Source of the DNA: Patescibacteria group bacterium | GTDB taxonomy: Bacteria; Patescibacteriota; Minisyncoccia; Minisyncoccales; JANBVM01 | Reading direction: 5' to 3' | Assembly (NCBI GenBank): GCA_024238995.1 | Contig: JANBVL010000004.1 | Coordinates: forward strand, 1 to 53,257 | Length of the DNA: 53,257 nucleotides | Shown: positions 7,641 to 17,662 of the stretch, one piece after another | Numbering within the stretch: the first letter of the stretch is position 1 | Layout of the letters: each line of letters begins with the position of its first letter | Translations under genes and position numbers: made by a program | Notes under the pieces: generated by a model | Seen by the model: the letters and a program-made list of their open reading frames with translations, nothing else | The model's database searches: none | What the model was told of the DNA's origin: nothing

Positions 7641-8303
7641 ATTTAATCTTAATTTTCTATCCAATTCCTCATTGTCAATCCTTATTATATTTTTCAATTT
7701 TATATATTTTCGTTTCAGGTGGGGTAGATTTCTTTTATAATACATTTTTGAAATCAATACCTTTGATTCTTTCTTGGCATACTTCAATTGCCAACATCTT
7801 TTGCCAGCAGTAATGTATCCATTGATTTTTAAAAGTTTTTTGATTTTAGATTGTATCCACTTCAGATGAAGCAAGCTTCCTGTTGTAAATGTTGTGTAAA
7901 ACATAAAACTACTTCTCCATCTTTTATCCCAATAACTATAACAACTTCCATCTCCGTCAAAATGACCTCTTAAAAAGTCAAAAAAGTATTGATTAGGGAT
8001 TTTAAGTTTTCCTATTGTTTTGCTTTTATTTGGGGTTAATCCAATACTAACTAACCATCTATAAAGAACAACGTCGCTGAATTGAACTTTAGGATATTTT
8101 TTCTCTGTGAAACCACTAGTTTTCCATCCTATTTTATTATTAATGCCAACACATTTTTTAAAGGCGTTAATCAATTCTTTATCTTTTGAAGTGAAATCTA
8201 TATGCCTTCCATCATTATATAAACACCCGTCCGCTGTTATAAGGCCAACAGCATAAGCAATTTCCGGAGACCATTTAATTGGTTGTTTTCTCTTGGGTTT
8301 CAT
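7605..8303 (-). CDS. Double-motif LAGLIDADG homing-endonuclease-like protein
   Basis: Two LAGLIDADG motifs are present, AYAVGLITADGCL and FDFLRGHFDGDGSC. The start is either ATG 8303 (MKPKRK) or the listed 8363. The 3' end (7605-7640) lies inside tRNA-Leu(GAG) and the 5' end overlaps the rplS tail. Confidence 0.8.
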   Translation of the reverse strand: MKPKRKQPIKWSPEIAYAVGLITADGCLYNDGRHIDFTSKDKELINAFKKCVGINNKIGWKTSGFTEKKYPKVQFSDVVLYRWLVSIGLTPNKSKTIGKLKIPNQYFFDFLRGHFDGDGSCYSYWDKRWRSSFMFYTTFTTGSLLHLKWIQSKIKKLLKINGYITAGKRCWQLKYAKKESKVLISKMYYKRNLPHLKRKYIKLKNIIRIDNEELDRKLRLNGRVLESVDSLN

Positions 8304-8829
8304 TTTGTTTTTCTTGAGAAGTTTGTTCAGCTTTTTTTTCTGTAGTTGGCTCTGTTTTTTCAACTGGTTTTTTTGATTCTTGAGTTTCTTGTGCTAACTC
8401 AGGTTTTATCTCTGACTGCTCATCAACAACCTCTTTTTCTGGCTCTTCGGCAACAACTTCAACAAATTCTTTTCTTTTTAACCTTGCTCTTTTACCTTTC
8501 GCTGTTCTTAAGAAATAAAGCTTTGCTCTTCTTGTTTTGCTTCTTCTTAAAACCTCTATTTTATCAATAGATGGCAAGTGTAAAGGGAATATCCTTTCAA
8601 CTCCAACACCACTAATTACTTTTCTCACTGTAATTGTTGCTCCGATTTCTTTTCCATGCTTTTTTGCAATAACTATTCCTTCAAAAGTCTGGATTTTTTC
8701 TTTTGCTTCTTCTCCTTTCTTTTTTGCTTCCTCTTTTACTTTTTGATAAACCTTTACTGTATCACCAGGCTTTATATCAGGAATTTTCTTTTTTAAAAAT
8801 GGTTGTATTAATTCTTTTATTTGTTTCAT
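8275..8829 (-). CDS. rplS: 50S ribosomal protein L19 with a ~64-aa K/E-rich C-terminal extension
   Basis: The core PGDTVKVYQKV...IQTFEGIVIAKKHG...ATITVRKV..GVGVERIFPLHLP.I..IEV is classic L19. Residues 121-184 are a low-complexity acidic/lysine tail. Confidence 0.9.
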   Translation of the reverse strand: MKQIKELIQPFLKKKIPDIKPGDTVKVYQKVKEEAKKKGEEAKEKIQTFEGIVIAKKHGKEIGATITVRKVISGVGVERIFPLHLPSIDKIEVLRRSKTRRAKLYFLRTAKGKRARLKRKEFVEVVAEEPEKEVVDEQSEIKPELAQETQESKKPVEKTEPTTEKKAEQTSQEKQNETQEKTTN

Positions 8830-9479
8830 TTTTCCATTATAATGATTTTTGCTTCATCTTGAGCTAAATCTCTTTTTTTAATTGATAACTTTTTAATGGG
8901 CTTTAAAGATTTCAGTCCAAAAGCTTTTAAAAACTTACTTACTGGGTCTAATTTAATTTTTAAGTTTGGCAAACTATAATGCATTGGAATTGTAATGCGG
9001 GGCTCAATCTGAGATACTATTTTTAAAGCTTCTTGAGCTGAAATAGTATAGGTTCCTCCAACTGGAATCATCAATATATCAACCTCTCCTATTTTTTCCA
9101 ATTGCTCGTCAGTCAATTCTTTTTGGCCAAAATCTCCCATATGGCAGATTTTTAAATTTTCACTTTCAATAACATATATTGTATTTTCACCCCTTTCTTT
9201 GCCCTGCTTTTCGTCATGAAAACTTGGGATTCCATGCACAAAGATGTTTTTTACATCATATTCTCCTGGGCCTTCAATTAAGAAAGGGTTTCCTGAAACA
9301 GCTTTAATATTATTGTGGTCATAGTGTTGATGGGTAACCAACAATACATCAGCTTCAGTTTTTGGAAGCCTTAATCCTAAGTTTTTTTCATAAGGATCAA
9401 TAGCTATTTTAATTAAGCTGTTTTTCTGCGGATTTGTTGTTATTTGAAAAAAGGCATGTCCTTGCCAAACTATATTCAT
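8826..9479 (-). CDS. Metallo-beta-lactamase-fold metal-dependent hydrolase (UPF0173-like)
   Basis: 217 aa with the HQHYDH zinc-ligand motif plus downstream His/Asp residues. There is a 4-nt overlap with rplS. Confidence 0.8.
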   Translation of the reverse strand: MNIVWQGHAFFQITTNPQKNSLIKIAIDPYEKNLGLRLPKTEADVLLVTHQHYDHNNIKAVSGNPFLIEGPGEYDVKNIFVHGIPSFHDEKQGKERGENTIYVIESENLKICHMGDFGQKELTDEQLEKIGEVDILMIPVGGTYTISAQEALKIVSQIEPRITIPMHYSLPNLKIKLDPVSKFLKAFGLKSLKPIKKLSIKKRDLAQDEAKIIIMEK

Positions 9480-9577
9480 AAGAATGATTTGTTGAATTTA
9501 TTCGCTTTTGCTTTATATAATACCTATATCATAACTCTTGAAAAAATCAATAAAACGTGTAAACTAAACTTATATTT

Positions 9578-10648
9578 ATGAAACAATTATTAGAAAAAAA
9601 TGAATTATTAAGGCCAATAAAAATTGGCGAACTTGTTGAAGGCAAGGTGGTTGGAAAAGGACGATCTTCTGTTTTTGTTGATTTGGGGCCAGTTGGTACA
9701 GGAATAATTTATGGCAAAGAGTTTTATGATGCAAAGTATAAATTGAAAAAACTTAAAGTTGGCGACGAAGTCTTTGCAAAAGTTACTGATATAGAAACTG
9801 ATGATGGATTTATTGAATTATCAATGAAAAGAGCTACAAGAGAAATGACTTTTGAAGAATTGAGAAAGAAAAAGGAAGATGGTGAATTGGTAACAGTAAG
9901 AATTCTTGGAGCTAATAAAGGAGGATTAGTCACAGAAGTTTCTGGTCTTTCTGCATTTTTGCCTGTTTCTCAACTATCAAATGAGAATTATCCAAAAGTT
10001 GAAGGAGGTGAAAGATCAAAAATATTACAAGAGCTTCAGAAATTTGTAGGTAAGGATATGGAAGTTAAAATACTTGATTTATTTGAAAGAAAAGAACAAG
10101 TTATTCTTTCAGAAAAAGCAAAAGATTTGGAAAAAACAAAGGAAAAATTAAAAAAGTTTAAAATAGGAGATAAAGTTAAAGGAGAAATTACTGGAGTAAC
10201 TGATTTTGGAGCTTTCATTAAATTTCCTTTATCAACGAAGAAAGACATTGAACAGCTTGAAGGTTTAGTTCATATATCTGAACTTGATTGGAAAATCATT
10301 AATAGCCCTCAAGATATTGTTAAAGTCGGGGATAAAATTAAGGCGCAGATAATTGAAATATCTGGCAATAGGGTTTGGCTTTCTTTGAAGGCCTTAAAAA
10401 AAGACCCTTGGAAAGGAATTAATGAAAAGTATAAAAAAGGAGATATTATTAAGGGCGAAGTGACAAAGCTTAATCCTTTTGGCGCTTTTGTAAAGCTAGA
10501 TAAAGAGATCCAGGGACTTTGTCATGTTTCTGAATTCGAAAATCAGAAAATGGAAGAGATTTTAGAGCTTGAGAAAACTTATAAATTCAAAATTCTCTCA
10601 ATCGAAGAAAAAGAACATAAAATGAGCTTGAAACTCATAAAAGAGTAA
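9578..10648 (+). CDS. rpsA: 30S ribosomal protein S1-like protein (four S1 RNA-binding domains)
   Basis: 356 aa with repeated OB-fold S1 signatures (G..V.G.V....GAFV.L....GL.H.SE). Confidence 0.8.
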   Translation: MKQLLEKNELLRPIKIGELVEGKVVGKGRSSVFVDLGPVGTGIIYGKEFYDAKYKLKKLKVGDEVFAKVTDIETDDGFIELSMKRATREMTFEELRKKKEDGELVTVRILGANKGGLVTEVSGLSAFLPVSQLSNENYPKVEGGERSKILQELQKFVGKDMEVKILDLFERKEQVILSEKAKDLEKTKEKLKKFKIGDKVKGEITGVTDFGAFIKFPLSTKKDIEQLEGLVHISELDWKIINSPQDIVKVGDKIKAQIIEISGNRVWLSLKALKKDPWKGINEKYKKGDIIKGEVTKLNPFGAFVKLDKEIQGLCHVSEFENQKMEEILELEKTYKFKILSIEEKEHKMSLKLIKE

Positions 10649-10662
10649 AACACCTCTTAAAA

Positions 10663-12552
10663 ATGAAGAATTTGGCAAAAAACTTTCTAACAATTTTGTT
10701 AATTTTTTTACTTATTTCAGCAATTTTTAGTTTGTTTTATCAGCCTTTTGGCGAGATAGAAGAAATATCATTTACTAAATTAGCAGAAGAAGTAAGCCAG
10801 GATAAAATTAAAGGCATTATTATTGCTGGCAATCAACTTGATGTTGTTTATTTAGATGATTCAAAGGCAAGCTCAAGAAAAGAAGGCGAGTCTTCTCTTT
10901 CTCAATCATTGCTTAACTATGGAGTTGCAAAAGAGAAATTAGTAAAAGTTAATATTGAAATCAAAGAGGTTGGTGGAGCTTGGACATGGCTGGCTCCGCT
11001 TCTTTTTTCTGTTGTTCCAGTACTTATTTTAGTTTTCTTTTTCTGGTCAATCTTTAAACAAAGTAAAACTGGTGCAATGCAGGCCCTTGATTTTACAAAA
11101 TCCAGAGCCAGACTATTTGGCGCAGATGACAGAAGAAAAGAAAAAACAACATTCCAAGATGTCGCAGGGCTCAAGGAGGCAAAAGAAGAATTAAAGGAGG
11201 TTGTTGATTTTTTAAAGCACCCAAAAAAGTTTTTGAAAATGGGAGCTAGAATTCCAAGAGGAGTTTTATTAGTAGGTCCAGCTGGAGTTGGAAAAACATT
11301 GTTAGCGCGCGCAGTTGCTGGAGAAGCTGATGTTCCCTTTTTTCACACTTCTGGTTCAACTTTTGTAGAGCTTTTCGTAGGTGTTGGGGCTTCCAGAGTC
11401 CGGGATTTATTTTCTACTGCTAAAAAAGCTGGAACATCAATAATTTTTATTGATGAATTAGATGCTGTTGGAAGAATGAGAGGCGCTGGTGTTGGCGGAG
11501 GCCATGATGAAAGAGAGCAGACCTTAAATCAAATACTTGTTGAAATGGATGGTTTTGAAAGAAATGATACAAGAATTGTTCTTGCAGCAACGAATCGCCC
11601 CGATATATTAGATTCAGCTCTTCTTCGTCCCGGCAGATTTGACAGAAGAATAATGTTAGACTTGCCTGATATAGATGGCAGAGAACAGATTTTAAAAATC
11701 CATTCAAGAGGAAAACCATTAAATCAAAACGCAAGCTTAAGAGAACTTGCTGAAAGAACTCCAGGGTTTTCTGGTGCAGACTTAGCAAATCTTATGAATG
11801 AAGCTGCAATCTTAGCTGCCAGAAGGAATAAAAAAGAGATTTTCCAGCAAGAGTTATTGGAATCAGTTGAAAAGGTTTTACTGGGGCCTGAAAGGAAAAG
11901 TCATATTTTAAGTGAAAAAGAAAAAGAAATAGCAGCTTATCATGAAGCAGGTCATGCTTTGGTGTCTGCATCTTTGCCAAACACTGATCCAATACGAAAG
12001 ATTTCAATTGTTGCCAGGGGCATGGCAGCAGGCTATACCTTGCAAATGCCAGAAAGAGAAAAAAGAATGAAAACAAAAAGTGAGTTTTTATCAGAATTGG
12101 CAACTTTACTTGGCGGATATGTTGCTGAAAAACTGAAATTTAAAGAAATTACAACCGGAGCTTCCAATGATTTGAAACAAGCATCAGATTTAACGAGAAG
12201 GCTGGTGAAAAACTATGGAATGAGTGATCTGGGGCCAGTCTTTTTTGGAGAAAAAGAAGAATTAATATTCTTGGGAAAAGAATTAGGTGAGCAGCGCAAT
12301 TATTCAGAACAAGTAGCTACTTTAATTGACAAAGAGATTCTAAAGTTTATAAAAGAAGCTGAGAGTAAAGCCAGGAAGATTCTTACTAAAAGGAAAAGAT
12401 TGCTTGATAAGGTTGCTAGAACTTTAATTGACAAAGAAATTATTGAAAAAGAAGAGTTTGAAAGCTTGATTGGAAAGAAGAGTTCTAAAAAAAGGATTGT
12501 TTCAAAACCAAAAAAAGGTAAGCAGGTTAAAGTGAGTGTGAAGCGGGTATAA
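10663..12552 (+). CDS. ftsH: ATP-dependent zinc metalloprotease FtsH
   Basis: 629 aa with two N-terminal TM helices, Walker A GPAGVGKT, Walker B IIFIDELD, the SRH region and the zinc motif HEAGHAL. Confidence 0.95.
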   Translation: MKNLAKNFLTILLIFLLISAIFSLFYQPFGEIEEISFTKLAEEVSQDKIKGIIIAGNQLDVVYLDDSKASSRKEGESSLSQSLLNYGVAKEKLVKVNIEIKEVGGAWTWLAPLLFSVVPVLILVFFFWSIFKQSKTGAMQALDFTKSRARLFGADDRRKEKTTFQDVAGLKEAKEELKEVVDFLKHPKKFLKMGARIPRGVLLVGPAGVGKTLLARAVAGEADVPFFHTSGSTFVELFVGVGASRVRDLFSTAKKAGTSIIFIDELDAVGRMRGAGVGGGHDEREQTLNQILVEMDGFERNDTRIVLAATNRPDILDSALLRPGRFDRRIMLDLPDIDGREQILKIHSRGKPLNQNASLRELAERTPGFSGADLANLMNEAAILAARRNKKEIFQQELLESVEKVLLGPERKSHILSEKEKEIAAYHEAGHALVSASLPNTDPIRKISIVARGMAAGYTLQMPEREKRMKTKSEFLSELATLLGGYVAEKLKFKEITTGASNDLKQASDLTRRLVKNYGMSDLGPVFFGEKEELIFLGKELGEQRNYSEQVATLIDKEILKFIKEAESKARKILTKRKRLLDKVARTLIDKEIIEKEEFESLIGKKSSKKRIVSKPKKGKQVKVSVKRV

Positions 12553-12638
12553 TATTTATTGTTTGTTCCATTAAAATATCTGTGTTAAAATGAACTAATG
12601 AATATTAGTTTCAATAACGATAATTCAATTGTTCGACT

Positions 12639-13301
12639 ATGGCCCGTTTAAAAGATCACGAAAAAGCCCTTGCTTTAAGGAAAAAGGAAATGAGCTATAG
12701 TCAGATAAAAGATGTTTTAAGGGTTAGTAAAAGCACTCTGAGTGTTTGGCTGAGAGATCATCCTTTGTCTAAAAAAAGAATAAGAGAGTTAAGAGATAGA
12801 AACGAACGAAGAATAGAAAGGTTCAGAGATACGATGAGAAAAAAGAAGGAAAAGAGACTTGATAAAACTTATAAACTTCAGAAGAATTTAATCTTGCCTT
12901 TAAGCAAGCGAGAGGCTTTTATTGCAGGTTTGTTTCTTTACTGGGCAGATGGATCAAAGTATAGAGCCGACCATCTATCCCTCTCAAATACAGACCCTTC
13001 TATGATCCAATTTTTTATTTATTGGCTCAATAAATGCCTTAAAGTACCTAAAAAGAAAATGCGAGTAGTGATGCATTTATATAGCGACATGCATATAGAC
13101 AGAGAAATGAAATACTGGTCGAAAACGATTAAAATTCCTTTAGAACAATTTAGTCGTCCTTATATTAAAAAAACTTTAAGCGAAAGGATTAATCATAAAG
13201 GAAGTTTTGGTCATGGAACTTGTAATTTAAGAGTGAATAGTGTTCTTCTTGCAGAAAAAATTATTATGGGATTAAAGGCAATTGCCGATGAATACAAATA
13301 A
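12639..13301 (+). CDS. HTH plus single-motif LAGLIDADG-like protein (homing-endonuclease-related), paralog of 21169-21843
   Basis: N-terminal HTH (MSYSQIKDVLRVSKSTLSVWL). The central FIAGLFLYWADGSK is a LAGLIDADG-like motif, followed by SNTDPSMIQFF. tRNA-Ile begins 13 nt downstream. Confidence 0.6.
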   Translation: MARLKDHEKALALRKKEMSYSQIKDVLRVSKSTLSVWLRDHPLSKKRIRELRDRNERRIERFRDTMRKKKEKRLDKTYKLQKNLILPLSKREAFIAGLFLYWADGSKYRADHLSLSNTDPSMIQFFIYWLNKCLKVPKKKMRVVMHLYSDMHIDREMKYWSKTIKIPLEQFSRPYIKKTLSERINHKGSFGHGTCNLRVNSVLLAEKIIMGLKAIADEYK

Positions 13302-13314
13302 AGAGATTTTAATA

Positions 13315-13387
13315 GCGCACGTAGCTCAGTGGTAGTAGCACAGATCTTATAAGTCTGTGGTCGCTGGTTCGATTCCAGCCGTGCGCA
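13315..13387 (+). tRNA. tRNA-Ile (anticodon TAT)
   Basis: Acceptor gcgcacg/cgtgcgc, anticodon stem cagat/gtctg (one G-U) with loop ctTATaa, T arm gctgg-ttcgatt-ccagc, discriminator A. The D stem has one mismatch. Confidence 0.8.
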
Positions 13388-13393
13388 CATTAT

Positions 13394-13467
13394 GGGCGAT
13401 TGGCGCAGTTGGCTAGCGCGTCACATTGACATTGTGAAGGTCATAGGTTCGAGTCCTATATCGCCCA
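13394..13467 (+). tRNA. tRNA-Val (anticodon GAC)
   Basis: Acceptor gggcgat/atcgccc, D arm gcgc-agttggcta-gcgc, anticodon stem tcaca/tgtga with loop ttGACat, T loop ttcgagt. Confidence 0.9.
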
Positions 13468-13468
13468 C

Positions 13469-14188
13469 ATGGAATTAAATGTTATTTACCAAGACAATGA
13501 TTTGTTGGTTGCTGATAAGCCTGCAGGAATAGTAGTTTTTTCAGAAGATGAAATTAAAGAAAAAACATTGATTAATTTATTGATTGAAAAAAATGAAGAT
13601 TTAAAGAATGTTGGCAAGCCTCCAAGATATGGAATAGTTCACAGACTAGACAAAGACACTTCAGGGTTGCTGCTGGTAGCTAAGAATGATAAATCCTTAG
13701 CTTTTTTACAAGAGCAATTTAAAGAAAGAAAAGTTGTTAAAAAATATACTGCTTTAGTTGATGGCGAGGTTAAAAATAAAGATGGAATAATTGAAACTTT
13801 AATTGGCCGTGGGCAAAAAGACAGAAAAAAACAAAAAGTTTATTTGCCTTTTGAACCAGGCTCAAAAAACAAAAGAAAAGCAGTTACAAAATACAAAATT
13901 TTGAAAAAACTTATTGATGAAAAAGAAAACAAGTATACTCTGGTTGAGGCAATTCCAATTACTGGAAGAAAACATCAGCTCAGAGTTCATTTTCAGTATT
14001 TGAATCATCCAATTGTTGGGGATAAAATCTACAATTTTAAAAACCAGCCAATTTTAAAAGATTTAAAAAGACAATTTTTGCATGCAGCTTATTTAAGAAT
14101 TAAAATATTAAATAATAAAGAAAAAGAATTTAATTCAAAATTAGCAACAGATTTAAAAAAAGCTTTAGATAATTTAAAAGAATATTAA
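13469..14188 (+). CDS. RluA-family pseudouridine synthase (no S4 domain)
   Basis: 239 aa with the catalytic motif [15 protein letters not shown]. The C-terminal GRKHQLRVH motif is present. Confidence 0.85.
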   Translation: MELNVIYQDNDLLVADKPAGIVVFSEDEIKEKTLINLLIEKNEDLKNVGKPPRYGIVHRLDKDTSGLLLVAKNDKSLAFLQEQFKERKVVKKYTALVDGEVKNKDGIIETLIGRGQKDRKKQKVYLPFEPGSKNKRKAVTKYKILKKLIDEKENKYTLVEAIPITGRKHQLRVHFQYLNHPIVGDKIYNFKNQPILKDLKRQFLHAAYLRIKILNNKEKEFNSKLATDLKKALDNLKEY

Positions 14189-14190
14189 AA

Positions 14191-16674
14191 ATGAGAAGTC
14201 AAAAACCCGAAAATATTATTGGAAAGATCAAGCCAAGAGAAATTGTTGAGGAAATGAAAGAGTCATACATTGACTATGCAATGTCAGTGATAATTTCTCG
14301 TGCTTTACCTGATGTGAGAGATGGTCTAAAGCCAGTTCAAAGAAGAATACTTTATACTATGCTTGAAGATGGACTGAGGCACAATATGAAATTTAGAAAA
14401 TCAGCAACTGTTGTTGGTTCAACAATGGGTCGTTATCATCCCCACTCTGATCAGGCGCTTTATGGTGCTGCAGTAAGAATGGCTCAGGACTTTTCCCTAA
14501 GATATCCATTAATTCAGGGGCAGGGTAACATGGGCTCAATTGATGATCCAGGCGAATATGCTGCCATGAGGTATTCAGAAATGCGGCTTTCAAAAGAAGG
14601 AGAAGAGATGCTCAAAGATATTTCAAAAGATACTGTTGATTTTGTTGATAACTATGACGGCACCAGGAAAGAGCCTGTGGTTTCACCATCACCTCTTCCC
14701 CAGCTTTTACTTAATGGTTCTTTGGGCATTGCTGTTGGAATGGCAACAAATATTCCGCCTCATAATTTAAACGAAGTTTGCGATGCTTTAATTTATTTAA
14801 TTGATAATCCTAAGTCAGACACCCGGGATTTATTTAAGTTTATAAAAGGGCCAGATTTTCCATTAGGAGGGTTTATATATAATAAAGAGGCTATTATCGA
14901 AGCCTACTCTCAGGGCAAAGGCCCAATATTAACAAGGGGAAAAGCTGAAATAATTGAAGATAAAAAACAAAGAACACAAATTTTAATTACAGAGATTCCT
15001 TATCAGGTTCAAAAATCATCTCTTTTAGAACAATTTGCAAAGCTTGTTTCAGAAAAAAGAATAGAAGGAATTAAGGACATTAGAGACGAATCGGATAAAG
15101 ACGGAATGAGAATTGTTATAGAACTGCAAAAAGATGTAATTCCTCAAAGAATTTTAAACCAGCTCTATAAATTTACAGATTTACAGCGCACTTTCCACTT
15201 AAATATCTTGGCTTTAGTTAATGGCACTCAGCCAAGGGTTTTAAATTTGCTTGATATTTTAAAATACTTTATTGAGCACAGAAAAGAAGTGATTGTAAGA
15301 AGAACAAAATATGAGCTTAATAAAGCAAAAGAAAGAGCCCATATTTTAGAAGGTCTTAAAAAATGTCTTGCCAAGATTGATGCTGTTATTGATACAATTA
15401 AAAAATCAAAAGACAGAGAAGATGCAAAAAACAATTTGATAAAGCGTTTTAAACTGACTGAAATCCAGGCAAATGCAATTTTAGATACTAAATTAGCAGC
15501 TTTGGCAAAGTTAGAAAGAAAAAAGATTGAAGATGAATTAAAGGAATTACTTGAAAAGATAAAAGAATTTACCTCTATTTTAAAAAGCCTTGTTAAAATT
15601 AAAACTATTATTAAAAAAGAATTAAAAAATATAAAGGATATTTTTGGAGACGATAGAAGAACAAAATTAGTTGTTTCTGAAATGGAAATAATCTCTGAGG
15701 AAGATTTAATTCCAAAAGAAGAAGCAATCATTACTTTAACTCAAGGTGGATATATTAAAAGAATTGACCCTAAAGCATATAAAATTCAAAAAAGAGGAGG
15801 AAAAGGAATGCTTGGCATGAAAACTATTGGAGAAGATATTGTGGAGCACTTTTTAATTGCCAATACTCATGATGAGTTGTTGTTTTTTACTGATTCAGGA
15901 AAAGTATTTAAAACATTGGTTTATGAAATCCCAAAGGGCTCAAGAGTTGCTAAAGGAAGAGGCCTTCTTAATTTCTTGGAATTATCAAACCATGAAAAAG
16001 TGCTTTCAATCATTCCTTTAGGAAAAGAAGAGAAAAACAATGATCATGCACAATTTCTGGTAATGGCAACTAAAAAAGGAGTAGTTAAAAAAACCAGCCT
16101 TAAAGAATTTAAAAATGTCAGACGTTCAGGGTTGATTGCAATTTCACTTAAAAAAGGAGATTTACTTGAAAAAGTTTGTAAGACAACTGGTGATGATGAT
16201 GTGATTTTAGTTACTAAAAAAGGCAAGTCAATTAAATTCAAAGAAAAAGATATTAGACCAATGGGCAGACCTGCTGCTGGCGTAACAGGTATAAGGCTTA
16301 AAAAACAGGATGAATTAATTGGTATGGACGTAATTCAAAAAATCAAACAAGAAAAAACAAAAGATAAGGTTAAAAAATATTTACTGATTGTTAGTGAAAA
16401 TGGCTATGGAAAAAGAACTGATATTAAAGAATACAGGCTTCAGAAAAGAGGAGGTACAGGAATAAAAACTGCTAATATTATTTCTAAAACAGGGGATTTG
16501 GTTGCTTCCAGGATTTTAAATCAGCAGGAAGAAGATTTAATTGTTATTTCCCGCCAGGCTCAGGTTATAAGGATTAAGATTCGTTCTATTTCAAAGCAAA
16601 AAAGAGCAACCCAGGGAGTAAGAATTATGAGGCTCAAACCCAATGATAAGGTTGCTTCTATTGCTTGCATTTAG
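14191..16674 (+). CDS. gyrA: DNA gyrase subunit A
   Basis: 827 aa with [12 protein letters not shown] and the active-site region AAMRYSE (Tyr). C-terminal beta-pinwheel repeats are present (GGYIKR, KRGGKG, GRPAAGV). Confidence 0.95.
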   Translation: MRSQKPENIIGKIKPREIVEEMKESYIDYAMSVIISRALPDVRDGLKPVQRRILYTMLEDGLRHNMKFRKSATVVGSTMGRYHPHSDQALYGAAVRMAQDFSLRYPLIQGQGNMGSIDDPGEYAAMRYSEMRLSKEGEEMLKDISKDTVDFVDNYDGTRKEPVVSPSPLPQLLLNGSLGIAVGMATNIPPHNLNEVCDALIYLIDNPKSDTRDLFKFIKGPDFPLGGFIYNKEAIIEAYSQGKGPILTRGKAEIIEDKKQRTQILITEIPYQVQKSSLLEQFAKLVSEKRIEGIKDIRDESDKDGMRIVIELQKDVIPQRILNQLYKFTDLQRTFHLNILALVNGTQPRVLNLLDILKYFIEHRKEVIVRRTKYELNKAKERAHILEGLKKCLAKIDAVIDTIKKSKDREDAKNNLIKRFKLTEIQANAILDTKLAALAKLERKKIEDELKELLEKIKEFTSILKSLVKIKTIIKKELKNIKDIFGDDRRTKLVVSEMEIISEEDLIPKEEAIITLTQGGYIKRIDPKAYKIQKRGGKGMLGMKTIGEDIVEHFLIANTHDELLFFTDSGKVFKTLVYEIPKGSRVAKGRGLLNFLELSNHEKVLSIIPLGKEEKNNDHAQFLVMATKKGVVKKTSLKEFKNVRRSGLIAISLKKGDLLEKVCKTTGDDDVILVTKKGKSIKFKEKDIRPMGRPAAGVTGIRLKKQDELIGMDVIQKIKQEKTKDKVKKYLLIVSENGYGKRTDIKEYRLQKRGGTGIKTANIISKTGDLVASRILNQQEEDLIVISRQAQVIRIKIRSISKQKRATQGVRIMRLKPNDKVASIACI

Positions 16675-16725
16675 CTTTCTTTTAAAAATATCTTTGATTA
16701 GGTAAAATAACTTTAAAGGCTTATT

Positions 16726-17235
16726 ATGTCATTTCTTGATCCACAAAAAGTATTAAATGAGCTTAATGTTGAGAAGAATTTTATTGCAGCTGATTTTGGC
16801 TGTGGTTCTGGAGGATGGGTATTTCCTTTGGCAAAAATGCTTGAAAACGGAAAAGTATATGCAATTGATATTTTAAAAGAACCGCTTTCTGCCTTAAGAA
16901 GCAAAATGAAAACTTTTAAAGTTCTGAATATTGAACTTATACAAGCAGACGTGGAAAAACATTCAAAACTTCTTAGTGAATCCTGTGATTTGGTTTTACT
17001 GACAAATCTTTTATTTGGGGTTGAAGATATTGATAAGATTTTACAGGAAGTAAAAAGAGTTTTAAAGCCAAAAGGTCAGGTTTTAATTGTTGATTGGCTG
17101 GATGGTTCAAATTTAGGACCAGAAAAAAAGATTTCAGCTGATGATGTGAAACAAATTGCCCAAAAGCTTGAATTTCAATTTAAAAAAGAATTCAAAGCAG
17201 GTATTTACCACTGGGGCTTAATTATTGTAAAATGA
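16726..17235 (+). CDS. Class I SAM-dependent methyltransferase
   Basis: 169 aa with motif I DFGCGSGGW and a post-I acidic residue (YAIDI). The substrate is unknown. Confidence 0.75.
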   Translation: MSFLDPQKVLNELNVEKNFIAADFGCGSGGWVFPLAKMLENGKVYAIDILKEPLSALRSKMKTFKVLNIELIQADVEKHSKLLSESCDLVLLTNLLFGVEDIDKILQEVKRVLKPKGQVLIVDWLDGSNLGPEKKISADDVKQIAQKLEFQFKKEFKAGIYHWGLIIVK

Positions 17236-17588
17236 GGTATATGAAAAAAACAAGATATTTTATTTTACTTTTCCTAATTAGTTTGGTTGCAGTAACAATG
17301 ATGCCTGGCACATTAAGTGCTGATACCATAGAGATTAAAAATCCTCTAGCCAGTGACGAGTTTGAAGATATTATTAATAATGTCATTAATTTTATTTTCA
17401 AAATTGCTACTGTGCTAGCGCCTCTCATGGTTATTATGGCTGGATTTTTGTTTGTTACAGCAGGGGGTAATTTAGAGCAAATTAAAAGAGCTAAAAACAT
17501 CATTATTTGGACAGCTGTTGGCTTCTTTGTAATTTTGCTTGCAAGAGGTATAATGGGAATGATAATGAATCTTTTAGGAGTCAGTTAG
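17232..17588 (+). CDS. VirB2/TrbC-like small pilin (T4SS_pilin-type, CPR-common)
   Basis: 118 aa with a signal-like N-terminus. Two hydrophobic helices follow, separated by AGGNLEQIKRAKN. The start overlaps the methyltransferase stop (ATGA). The family call is from memory of PF18895-like proteins. Confidence 0.6.
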   Translation: MRYMKKTRYFILLFLISLVAVTMMPGTLSADTIEIKNPLASDEFEDIINNVINFIFKIATVLAPLMVIMAGFLFVTAGGNLEQIKRAKNIIIWTAVGFFVILLARGIMGMIMNLLGVS

Positions 17589-17662
17589 AAACGAGCATTA
17601 AATTATCAATTATTAAAAAAAACGAAAGGTCGATTTAAAAAAAGATTTGAACATAAAAAAGA

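Noticed and set aside
10917-12103. Antisense ORFs inside ftsH (10917-11174, 11447-11788, 11792-12103). Similar antisense or overlapping ORFs lie inside htrA, rplS, S1, gyrA, valS, recG, GT2, pilM/O/B, ligA and the 1185-aa gene.
   Set aside because: Each is fully contained in a longer ORF with clear conserved motifs. Their sequences are low-complexity, as expected for shadow frames in AT-rich DNA.
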